DNA from: an uncultured Verrucomicrobiota bacterium
GTDB lineage: Bacteria > Verrucomicrobiota > Verrucomicrobiia > Limisphaerales > VHCN01
Direction: 5' to 3'
Assembly (NCBI GenBank): GCA_964589935.1
Contig: CAZPVD010000009.1
Location: forward strand, 88,969-152,968
DNA length: 64,000 bases
Both the position numbers and the translations under genes were made by a program. Positions 50,529-58,924 of the stretch are shown here, piece by piece (within the stretch, counting starts at the first letter, position 1; every line of letters starts with the position of its first letter). Below the pieces are notes generated by a model. It was given only the letters and a program-made list of their open reading frames with translations, did not search any database and was not told the origin of the DNA.

Positions 50529-52001
50529 ATGAAGCCTTTTCAAATTGCGCGCCTGTTTTCCGCCGCCGCTCACTCGACCTTCGCTGCGACGCTCGTGCTT
50601 GCGGCAATTTTATCGCCGCGCATTGTTTGCGGAGCGGATGCAAAGGCAGCCAGGCCGAACATTCTTTTCATACTCGCCGACGACATGGGCTGGGCCGATC
50701 CCAGCTATCACGGCAGTGAAATCAAGACGCCGAACCTCGACAAGCTCGCCGCGTCCGGCGCGAAGCTGGAGCAGTTCTACGTGCAGCCCGTCTGCTCGCC
50801 GACGCGCGCGTCATTGATGACCGGCCGCTATCCGATGCGCCACGGCCTGCAAGTCGGCGTCGTGCGGCCGTGGGCGCAATACGGCCTGCCGCTCGACGAG
50901 CGCACGCTGCCGCAGGCGCTGCGCGAGGCCGGCTACGAGACGGCCATTTGTGGCAAGTGGCACCTCGGTCACTTCGACCCGGCCTATCTGCCGACGGCGC
51001 GCGGCTTCGACCACCAATACGGCCACTACAACGGTGCGATTGATTACTTCACGCACATCCGCGACGGCGGCTTCGACTGGCACCGCGATGACAAGGTCAG
51101 CCGCGACGAGGGCTACAGCACTTTTCTCGTCGCGAAGGAAGTCGTTCGCCTGCTGAACGCGCATGACGCGAGCAAGCCGTTTTTCTTTTACGTGCCGTTC
51201 AACGCCGTCCACGAGCCGCATCAGGTGCCGCCGAAATACAAGGAGCCTTACTCAGACTTGAAGGAGCCGCGCCGCACTTACGCCGGCATGGTCGCCGCGA
51301 TGGATGAGTCCATCGGCGAAATGATCGCCGCGCTCGATGCGCGCGATTTGCGCAAAAGCACTCTCATTATTTTCAGCAGCGACAACGGCGGGCCGCAGCC
51401 CGGCGTCGTGACGAGCAACGGCCAGTATCGCGCCGGCAAGGGCACGCTCTACGAGGGCGGCGTGCGCGTGTGCGCGTTCGTGACGTGGGAGGGCCGCATC
51501 AAACCCGGCAGCGTCGTCAACGCGCCGCTGCACATGGTGGACTGGTATCCGACGCTGCTGAAGCTCGCCGGAGCTTCGCTCGACCAGTCGCATCCGCTCG
51601 ACGGGCGCGACGCGTGGCCCGCCATCACGGAGGGCAAGCCCACGCCGCACGAGGACATTTTGCACAACGTCACGCCGGGCGGAGGCGCGATCCGCGTCGG
51701 TGATTGGAAGCTGGTTCTCAACGGTCAGCAACGCGACACCGGCGGCGGCGTTGGCGAAGAACTTCCAGTTGCGAAAAAAGGCAAGAAAGCCGCCGCTGCT
51801 GATGACGGGAAAGGGCGTGTCGAACTCTTCAACATCGCGAACGATCCCTATGAGAAAACCAACCTTGCCGCGCAGCAGCCGGACAAGGTGAAGGAACTCC
51901 GCGCCCGCCTCGACGGTTATGCGAAGGCCGCCGTCCCGCCCAAATCAGCGCCGAAAGCCGCGGGTTTTCAGTCGCCGAAAGTTTGGGGCGAGAAGGATTA
52001 G
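50529..52001 (+). CDS. Arylsulfatase, formylglycine type
   Basis: ILADDMGWAD, CSPTRASLMTGRYP, GKWHLG. Confidence 0.88.
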   Translation: MKPFQIARLFSAAAHSTFAATLVLAAILSPRIVCGADAKAARPNILFILADDMGWADPSYHGSEIKTPNLDKLAASGAKLEQFYVQPVCSPTRASLMTGRYPMRHGLQVGVVRPWAQYGLPLDERTLPQALREAGYETAICGKWHLGHFDPAYLPTARGFDHQYGHYNGAIDYFTHIRDGGFDWHRDDKVSRDEGYSTFLVAKEVVRLLNAHDASKPFFFYVPFNAVHEPHQVPPKYKEPYSDLKEPRRTYAGMVAAMDESIGEMIAALDARDLRKSTLIIFSSDNGGPQPGVVTSNGQYRAGKGTLYEGGVRVCAFVTWEGRIKPGSVVNAPLHMVDWYPTLLKLAGASLDQSHPLDGRDAWPAITEGKPTPHEDILHNVTPGGGAIRVGDWKLVLNGQQRDTGGGVGEELPVAKKGKKAAAADDGKGRVELFNIANDPYEKTNLAAQQPDKVKELRARLDGYAKAAVPPKSAPKAAGFQSPKVWGEKD

Positions 52002-52047
52002 TTTTCTGTAGCGGCGGCTTGTGAGCGTCGCATTTTTTTGAACTCAG

Positions 52048-52977
52048 TTACGGCAGCGCGGTCTTCAACAATCCGTTTCGCCGCATCCACACTTCGCACG
52101 GTTTCGGCCAGTCCGTTACCGGCGCTTCCGCGACGTGCCGCAAACCGTAGCCGTGGCCGCCGGTGTCAAATACATGAAGCTCGGCCGGGACGCCGGCCTT
52201 CTTCATCGCGAGGAAGAGTTGCACGCTGTTGTCCACCTTGATCGGGTCGTTGTAGGCGTGGACGAAAAACGTCGGCGGCAGTTCCTTCGTCACCACGATG
52301 TCGGGCTTGAGCTGGCCGGTCTTGTCGTCCACAAAATACGCCGGATACACGAGCACCGCGAAATCCGGGCGGCAGGAAAGTTTGTCCGTGTCATCCGCGC
52401 CGGCGTATTGCCGCTCGCCATTCTTGATCGTGGTGAAACCTGCGGTCGCGCCGCCGGCGGAGAAGCCGAGCACGCCGAGGCGTTTCGCGTCGAGGCTCCA
52501 CTCGGACGCCTTGCTGCGCGCGAGGCTCAACGCCCGTTGCGTGTCCTGCACAGGCGCAAGCCACGGCGGCGATTGCTTTCCGGTCGGCACGCGGTATTTC
52601 ACGACGATGCCGGTGACGCCGATGGAGTTGAGCCACTCGGCGACCTCGGTGCCTTCGAGGTCCCACGCGAGGATGCTGAAGCCGCCGCCGGGGCAGATGA
52701 CAACCGCGGTGCCGTTGCGCTTTTCCTTCGGCGGCAGGAACACGTGCGCCTGCGGCGTCGCGACGTTGCCGAGCTTGATGATGCGCCGGCCCGCGATGAG
52801 CCGGTCGGTGGGCTTGGTGAAATCCTGCTCCGGCCCGACATTCATCGGCTCGCCCGGCGGCTTGTCCGGCCACAGGTTGAGAACGTGACTCGGCTCGGCG
52901 GCGCGGCCTGTGAGGCACGCGGCGAGCGCGAACAAGGGAAAAAGTTCCCTTGAAAGAAAGCGGCGTGATTGCATCAA
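52048..52977 (-). CDS. Secreted alpha/beta-hydrolase (esterase/lipase-like)
   Basis: Signal peptide. HGGGF-like PGGGFSILAW oxyanion region. GFSAGG nucleophile elbow. C-terminal His region. Confidence 0.65.
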   Translation of the reverse strand: MMQSRRFLSRELFPLFALAACLTGRAAEPSHVLNLWPDKPPGEPMNVGPEQDFTKPTDRLIAGRRIIKLGNVATPQAHVFLPPKEKRNGTAVVICPGGGFSILAWDLEGTEVAEWLNSIGVTGIVVKYRVPTGKQSPPWLAPVQDTQRALSLARSKASEWSLDAKRLGVLGFSAGGATAGFTTIKNGERQYAGADDTDKLSCRPDFAVLVYPAYFVDDKTGQLKPDIVVTKELPPTFFVHAYNDPIKVDNSVQLFLAMKKAGVPAELHVFDTGGHGYGLRHVAEAPVTDWPKPCEVWMRRNGLLKTALP

Positions 52978-53060
52978 CGAGTCGTGCCCGATTTTTTCGC
53001 GGAAGGCGATGAAAAGTTTTTGACGTGCGCGGCTTCGCGCTTTGCTATGATCCGTTTCAA

Positions 53061-54542
53061 ATGAAGCCTTTTGCTCGCATCACGGCGGTTTGGATCGCTT
53101 TGTTCCTGTTCGTTTCGATTTCATTCGCCGCGGACAGGCCGAACGTGCTGTTCATCGCGATTGACGACCAGAACGACTGGATCGGCTGTCTCGGCGGGCA
53201 TCCGCTCGTCAAGACGCCGCACATTGACCGGCTCGCGCGGCGCGGCACGCTGTTCACGAGCGCGCACTGCCAGGCACCGTTGTGCAATCCGTCGCGGTCG
53301 AGCTTGCTCACGGGACTGCGGCCGTCGTCCACGGGCATCTACGGCTTGCAGCCGGGCATCCGCGACGTTGAACAGACGAAGAACCACGTCACGCTGCCGC
53401 AGACGTTCACGAGCGCGGGCTACCACACGTTCACGTGCGGAAAAATTTATCACGACGGCTCGATCAAGCCGAAGGACCGCGCGCCAGAGTTCAACATGTG
53501 GGGGCCGGCACCGGGGATGCCCAAGCCGCCGCAGAAATTTGTCATCACGCCAATGGGCAACCATCCCGGTGTGGACTGGGGAATCTTTCCCGAAAATGAC
53601 GAGGACCAGGCCGACTGGAAAATCGCATCTGCGGCCATCGGAGCGTTGCAGAGCGCGCCGAAGGACAAGCCCTTTTTCATCGCGTGCGGTTTCCGCCTGC
53701 CGCACGTGCCGTGCTATGCGTCGAAAAAGTGGTTCGACCTCTATCCCGACGACGAGCGCGTGCTGCCTCGCGTGAAGGATGACGACCGCGACGACACACC
53801 TCGCTTCTCGTGGTATCTCCACTGGTATCTGCCGGAGCCGCGGCTGAAATTTCTCCGCGAGAACAGGCAGTGGATTCCGCTGACGCGCGCGTATCTCGCC
53901 TGCACGAGTTTCATGGACAGCCAGGTGGGCCGCGTGCTCGACGCGCTCGACGCGACGGGCCGCGCGGAGGACACGCTCGTCGTGCTCTGGAGCGACCACG
54001 GCTGGCATCTCGGCGAAAAACTCATCACGGGCAAGAACACCTTGTGGGAACGCTCGACGCGCGTGCCGCTCATCTTCGCCGGGCCGGGCGTTGCGAAGAA
54101 TGCGAAGTGCGCGCGCACGGTGGAGTTGCTCGACATTTTCCCCACGCTGCTCGAACTCGGCGGATTTCCCGCGCGAAACGATCTCGAAGGCCACAGCCTT
54201 GTGTCTCTTTTGAAAAATGCAAACGCACCGTGGCAGTGGCCGGCCATCACGACGCACAATCAGGGAAATCATACGATTCGCACCGAGAAGTGGCGCTACA
54301 TCCGTTACGCCGATGGTTCCGAGGAACTTTACGACGAGGTTGCCGACCCGAACGAGTGGACAAACATCGCCGGCAATCCAAAGTTCGCCAATGTGAAGCG
54401 TGACCTCGCGATGTGGCTGCCGAAGATTGACAAGCCGCCCGTGCCCAACAGCGCTCAACGCATCCTCACTTACGATCCGAAGACCGGCGAGGTGAACTGG
54501 GAAGGCAAGCGCGTGGGCGCGAACGATCCCATCCCGGATTGA
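53061..54542 (+). CDS. Sulfatase (formylglycine type)
   Basis: FIAIDDQNDW, CNPSRSSLLTG (C-x-P-x-R), GKIYH. Confidence 0.85.
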   Translation: MKPFARITAVWIALFLFVSISFAADRPNVLFIAIDDQNDWIGCLGGHPLVKTPHIDRLARRGTLFTSAHCQAPLCNPSRSSLLTGLRPSSTGIYGLQPGIRDVEQTKNHVTLPQTFTSAGYHTFTCGKIYHDGSIKPKDRAPEFNMWGPAPGMPKPPQKFVITPMGNHPGVDWGIFPENDEDQADWKIASAAIGALQSAPKDKPFFIACGFRLPHVPCYASKKWFDLYPDDERVLPRVKDDDRDDTPRFSWYLHWYLPEPRLKFLRENRQWIPLTRAYLACTSFMDSQVGRVLDALDATGRAEDTLVVLWSDHGWHLGEKLITGKNTLWERSTRVPLIFAGPGVAKNAKCARTVELLDIFPTLLELGGFPARNDLEGHSLVSLLKNANAPWQWPAITTHNQGNHTIRTEKWRYIRYADGSEELYDEVADPNEWTNIAGNPKFANVKRDLAMWLPKIDKPPVPNSAQRILTYDPKTGEVNWEGKRVGANDPIPD

Positions 54543-54560
54543 GCGGTCATTTCTGCCTTA

Positions 54561-55070
54561 TCACGCCGACGTCTGTGGTTGTTTTTTCGGCGGCGCGGGA
54601 GTTGTGGCGTTTTGTTTCAAAGGTCCGAAGTTTCCCTGTTCGCAGCAGTGCACGAAGGTTTCCGTGACTGACTTGAGTTCCCCCCAGCGGGCGCGAATGG
54701 CCTTCGCCTCCGTTTGCGTGATGTGGTTGTCCGACGCGGCTTGTGCGATGACCGCAAGCATGTCGGCAAATTCCTGCACGATTGCGTTCGTCGCCGGGAT
54801 GAGAAAATCCGGGTGCGCGTGCGTGGTCTTGGGATTGCGGATGAAGAAGCCGCCGGCCTGCTCGCAAATCCACTGCACGAGGCGCGGGTCGTTTGTGCAT
54901 CGCACGAGTGCGGCAACGCGGTCGAGCGGGTTGGCCGAGCCGCTGACGCGCGCGCCGTCGGACGCCTCGGCCCATTTGTAAATCATCGAGAGCGAGAGAT
55001 TCAGATCAGTCGCGATCTGTTTGGCGTTGGAATCGCGGATGACTTCGCGGAGCAGTTCGTGGGATTGCAT
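54561..55070 (-). CDS. Putative HTH DNA-binding regulator (phage CII-like helix-turn-helix)
   Basis: AKQIATDLNLSLSMIYKWAE HTH-like segment near the N-terminus. Divergent from the NfeD-flotillin pair. Weak family assignment. Confidence 0.35.
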   Translation of the reverse strand: MQSHELLREVIRDSNAKQIATDLNLSLSMIYKWAEASDGARVSGSANPLDRVAALVRCTNDPRLVQWICEQAGGFFIRNPKTTHAHPDFLIPATNAIVQEFADMLAVIAQAASDNHITQTEAKAIRARWGELKSVTETFVHCCEQGNFGPLKQNATTPAPPKKQPQTSA

Positions 55071-55338
55071 GGGCGCAGACTAGCAGGGCATGACGTGGAG
55101 ACAATCACAGACAAGCCCGATGAAATTATTCGCAACCTGTGACACGGCGTCCGTGTTCATGCGTGAATGGCGGCGTTACAAATCCGGCGCGACATTGTAA
55201 GTGCCGGGCCCATGTCGGAGTGGTTAACTCACCGGCGATTCAGTGTAGCTGAAAAATATGGAAGCGATGATGCGGTGCCTTTCCGACTTGCTTGAATCCC
55301 TATGCAGCCACTAACCTGTCGCCACACGGCGAGGCCTT

Positions 55339-55896
55339 ATGGACAAAGTCATCTACCTAATCTGTCTTGGGTCGGGATTCTTCCTACTGGTGATGATGGC
55401 GTTCCTCGGCCACTTCATGGGCGGCGGCCACGGGCACGACATCGGCAGCCACGGCCACGCCGAGTCGGGAGCGGATGGAAGCGATGGCGGCGGAGTCTCG
55501 GCGTTCAGTCCCACGGTCATCGCGGCGTTCGTGATGTCCTTCGGTGGGATTGGTTACATCCTCACGTTCTTTCAGGCGACGCGGAACCCGGCCATCGGCG
55601 CTCCGATTTCCGCGGTGGGCGCGCTTGGGCTTGCGGCGGTGCTCGTGTGGTCGCTGCGTCAGGTTTTCAGTCACACGCAAAGTTCCAGCGAATCGCAGGT
55701 GGCCACGCTTGCCGGCACGATCGCGAACGTCATCACTCCCATTCCGGAGAACGGCGTCGGCGAAATCGCCTACGTCCAGGGCGGCACGCGCTACACTGCG
55801 CCGGCCCGCACGGAGGACGGCCAGCCGGTGCCGACCGGCCGCACCGTGCGCATCACCCGCGTCGTCGGCGCGCAATTTTATGTGAAGCCAGACTGA
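55339..55896 (+). CDS. NfeD-like membrane protein (short form, partner of flotillin)
   Basis: N-terminal TMs. His/Gly-rich loop HFMGGGHGHDIGSHGHAESG. C-terminal OB-fold-like beta domain (GRTVRITRVVGAQFYVKP). Upstream of an SPFH gene. Confidence 0.65.
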   Translation: MDKVIYLICLGSGFFLLVMMAFLGHFMGGGHGHDIGSHGHAESGADGSDGGGVSAFSPTVIAAFVMSFGGIGYILTFFQATRNPAIGAPISAVGALGLAAVLVWSLRQVFSHTQSSSESQVATLAGTIANVITPIPENGVGEIAYVQGGTRYTAPARTEDGQPVPTGRTVRITRVVGAQFYVKPD

Positions 55897-55951
55897 ATGC
55901 CCGTTCCTGCGCCGTCCACCTTTTCATCAACAAACCCAACACACTCGAACC

Positions 55952-57481
55952 ATGAACCTCCATCCATTCCTTGCGCAACAAGGGCCGCTCAACAGCGTCG
56001 CCATCGCAGTCATTGTCGCGGTGGTCGTCGTCGGCTTTCTCATCATCTTCGCGATCTTCGCCAGCCGCTACACCAAGGTTGGCCCGAACGAGGTGCTCAT
56101 CATTTCGGGCCGCAAGCGCCGCGTCGTTGACCCGGACGGCGTCACGCGCGAGGTGGGCTTCCGCGTCGTCAAGGGCGGCGGCAAGTTCGTTTGGCCGGTG
56201 TTCGAGAAGGTGGACGTGCTCTCGCTCGAACTGCTCACCATTGATGTGCAGACGCCGGAAGTTTACACGAGCAAAGGCGTGCCGGTGAAGGTGGACGGTG
56301 TCGCGCAGATCAAGATCAAGGGTGACGACGTTTCCATCGCGACCGCTGCGGAACAGTTCCTCAGCAAGACCGCCGACGAAATCAAAAGCGTCGCCATGCA
56401 GACACTGGAAGGCCATTTGCGCGCGATCCTCGGCACGATGAGCGTCGAGGAAATTTACCAGAACCGCGACGCCTTTGCCTCGAAGGTGCAGGAGGTCGCC
56501 GCCGGCGACATGGCCAACATGGGGCTGCCCATCGTCAGCTTCACCATCCGCGACATCCGCGACACGCAGGGCTACCTCGATGCGCTCGGCAAGCCGCGCA
56601 TCGCCCAAGTCAAGCGCGACGCCATCATCGCCCAGGCCGAGGCCGATCGCGATTCTCAGATCCGCTCCTCACAGGCGACGCAGGCCGGACAGGAAGCCAA
56701 GTTTGCCGCCGACTCGAAAATCGCCGAGGCGCAGCGCGATTATCAGTCCAACGTCGCGCAATACCAGGCGACGGTGAACCAGAAGAAAGCCGAGGCCGAC
56801 CTCGCCTACGACTTGCAGAAATACAAGACCGGCCAGCTCGTGAAGGCCGAGGAAGTGCAGGTCGAGATTGTCGCCAAGCAGAAGCAGATCGAGTTGCAAC
56901 AACAGGAAATCCTCCGCAAGCAGCGCGAACTCGAGGCGAACGTCCAGAAGCCAGCCGATGCCGAACGCTACAAGGTCGAGACGCTGGCGAACGCTAGAAA
57001 GTTCCAGTTGGAAACCGAAGCCGCCGGCACCGCGTCCGCCGCGAAGGCGACGGGCTTCGCGAACGCGGACGTTGCGAAGGCCACGGGCCTTGCTGAAGCC
57101 GAGGCGAACAAGGCGCGCGGTCTTGCCGAGGCCGCGATCATCGAGGCGCAGGGCAAGGCCACCGCCTCCGCGATGCAGCAGAAGGCTGAGTCCTTCAAGC
57201 AATACAACGAGGCCGCCGTCATCGAGATGCTCGTGCGCATTCTGCCCGAGCTGGCTGGAAAAATTTCCGAGCCGCTCTCGAAGACCGAGAAGATCGTCAT
57301 CATCAACTCTGGCAACGGCCCCGGCGGCGGCGCGAGCAAGCTCACCGGCGACGTGACGCAGATCATCAGCCAGCTCCCGCCCGTGCTGGAGAGCCTGACC
57401 GGCATCAAGTTCGAGAAACTGCTTGAGCAAGTCCCCGCGCTCAAGAAGGCGATGGAAAAGGACGAAGGCGGAGCCAGGTAA
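55952..57481 (+). CDS. Flotillin-like SPFH/band-7 protein (FloT/YuaG-type)
   Basis: N-terminal membrane anchor. SPFH domain. Long EA-repeat-like coiled-coil (AEAQ, AKAT repeats). About 509 aa. Confidence 0.85.
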   Translation: MNLHPFLAQQGPLNSVAIAVIVAVVVVGFLIIFAIFASRYTKVGPNEVLIISGRKRRVVDPDGVTREVGFRVVKGGGKFVWPVFEKVDVLSLELLTIDVQTPEVYTSKGVPVKVDGVAQIKIKGDDVSIATAAEQFLSKTADEIKSVAMQTLEGHLRAILGTMSVEEIYQNRDAFASKVQEVAAGDMANMGLPIVSFTIRDIRDTQGYLDALGKPRIAQVKRDAIIAQAEADRDSQIRSSQATQAGQEAKFAADSKIAEAQRDYQSNVAQYQATVNQKKAEADLAYDLQKYKTGQLVKAEEVQVEIVAKQKQIELQQQEILRKQRELEANVQKPADAERYKVETLANARKFQLETEAAGTASAAKATGFANADVAKATGLAEAEANKARGLAEAAIIEAQGKATASAMQQKAESFKQYNEAAVIEMLVRILPELAGKISEPLSKTEKIVIINSGNGPGGGASKLTGDVTQIISQLPPVLESLTGIKFEKLLEQVPALKKAMEKDEGGAR

Positions 57482-57512
57482 TTTACGATTTACGATATGC
57501 GATTTACGCGCC
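57482..57512. repeat. Heptamer direct repeats ATTTACG (x3, one degenerate) downstream of the flotillin gene
   Basis: aATTTACGATTTACGATATGCGATTTACGcgcc seen directly. AT-rich island in a GC-rich context. Confidence 0.5.
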
Positions 57513-57550
57513 GGCCAGCGTAACGAGCAAACTGTCGGAACCATGAACTT

Positions 57551-57880
57551 ATGACGCGCGAGGAATTGGTCAAAAAGGCAAAACGCCAGTTGGAGTATGA
57601 GCGGCGGATGATACTGCCACTCCTGCCCATGTTCGTCTTAATCATGCTGCCAGCCTTCATCGGGCCTGAGCGCTGGAACAAATCTGTCTGCATTGTTTTG
57701 CTCTGCGTCTTGGGTGCTCTTGGCGTGCTGGCGATTGTTGGAGCGTTTCAAACGAAAAACCGCCGGCTTGAATGCCCAACGTGCAAGCGCACTCTTCAAA
57801 GTGGACTGCTGACTGCGGCAATCTCTTCCGGACGATGTGGAAGCTGCGGGTCTGTCATTGTGGAAGATTGGAACAAATAG
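57551..57880 (+). CDS. Small membrane protein with C-terminal zinc-ribbon (CPTC...CGSC)
   Basis: Two TM helices then CPTCKRT...CGSCGS. Gene GC about 52% (lower than neighbours). Confidence 0.5.
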   Translation: MTREELVKKAKRQLEYERRMILPLLPMFVLIMLPAFIGPERWNKSVCIVLLCVLGALGVLAIVGAFQTKNRRLECPTCKRTLQSGLLTAAISSGRCGSCGSVIVEDWNK

Positions 57881-57883
57881 CCG

Positions 57884-58918
57884 GTGCGCCTCCTCGAAGC
57901 CATCCTCGATGCGAACCAGCGGCTCGGTGCCGACCGCAAGGCGCCGCTGCTCGACACGGCGCAGTTCGGCGACGCGCTGCCGCTCGCGGCGCTCACGTGC
58001 ATTGACGCGCGGCTGAACAAGCTCATCCCCGAGGTGCTTGGCGTGCCGGAGGAGCAGTTCATCTGGCTGCGCAACGCGGGCAACATCATCTTCGGCCACA
58101 CCAGCGCGATGATGCGCTCGCTCGCGCTGGCCTGCGCCATCAAGGGTGGCAGGGAAATCGCCGTCATCGGCCACACCGACTGCCTCGTGTGCAAGTCCAC
58201 CGTGCTCGCGCTCACGGACAAACTCAAGGCGCTCGGCGTCGAGCGCGCGAAGCTGCCGAACGACTTGGTCGAGTTCTTCGGCCTGTTCGCCAGCGAGCGG
58301 CAGAACGTGATGAAGGCCTGCGAGACGATTCGCACCAGCCCGCTCATCGGCTCGCGCGTGCCCGTTCACGGCCTCATGGTGGACATCACGACCGGCAAGC
58401 TCGAATGGATCGTCAATGGCTACACGACCACCGCCGCCGGTTCCGAGGTGCATCTGCACGCGGGCCTCGGCGGGAAGGAACTCGTGGACATGAAGTTTGA
58501 CCTGCCGCAATTCCAGATCGGCGAGATGAAGTTCCCCGAAGTGAAAATCGGCGGTGTCGAGCTGAAACTGGAGACAAAGCCGGAGCAGATCGGATCGGTT
58601 GTTGCGAAACCTGCCGAGACAAAACCCGCTGAAACCGCGCCGGTCGAATGGAAGCCATCCGATACGAAGCGTGCCGAGGAACGGCAGCCCGCGCTCTCGT
58701 TGCACACGGCCATCAACAAGGCGCTCAAGTATCGGATCATCGGCACGGACGGAAAACAATACGGCCCCGTTTCCGGATCAAAGCTGCTGGAATGGCTCGC
58801 CGATGACCGCATCGGCGGCGAGACGCCTGTGCAGGTCGAAGGAGGGAAGCTCTGGCAGAAACTCAACCAACTCGCCTCCGCCGCGTCGCGCAAAGACAAG
58901 CCGCCACCGCTGAAATGA
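57884..58918 (+). CDS. Beta-carbonic-anhydrase-like protein with C-terminal GYF-like (DUF4339) extension
   Basis: CIDARL (Cys-Asp-Arg) and GHTDCLV (His..Cys) zinc-ligand motifs. C-terminal KYRIIGTDGKQYGPVSGSKLLEWL resembles GYF/DUF4339. Confidence 0.55.
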   Translation: MRLLEAILDANQRLGADRKAPLLDTAQFGDALPLAALTCIDARLNKLIPEVLGVPEEQFIWLRNAGNIIFGHTSAMMRSLALACAIKGGREIAVIGHTDCLVCKSTVLALTDKLKALGVERAKLPNDLVEFFGLFASERQNVMKACETIRTSPLIGSRVPVHGLMVDITTGKLEWIVNGYTTTAAGSEVHLHAGLGGKELVDMKFDLPQFQIGEMKFPEVKIGGVELKLETKPEQIGSVVAKPAETKPAETAPVEWKPSDTKRAEERQPALSLHTAINKALKYRIIGTDGKQYGPVSGSKLLEWLADDRIGGETPVQVEGGKLWQKLNQLASAASRKDKPPPLK

Positions 58919-58924
58919 GGCGAA

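Noticed and set aside
53121-54458. 445-aa minus-strand ORF antisense to the sulfatase gene
   Set aside because: Shadow ORF. The plus strand carries the sulfatase C-x-P-x-R motif.
55071-55338. Possible tRNA or sRNA in the 268-nt intergenic region upstream of nfeD
   Set aside because: No tRNA T-loop (GTTCGAATCC-like) or cloverleaf-compatible pairing was found by eye. Left unannotated.
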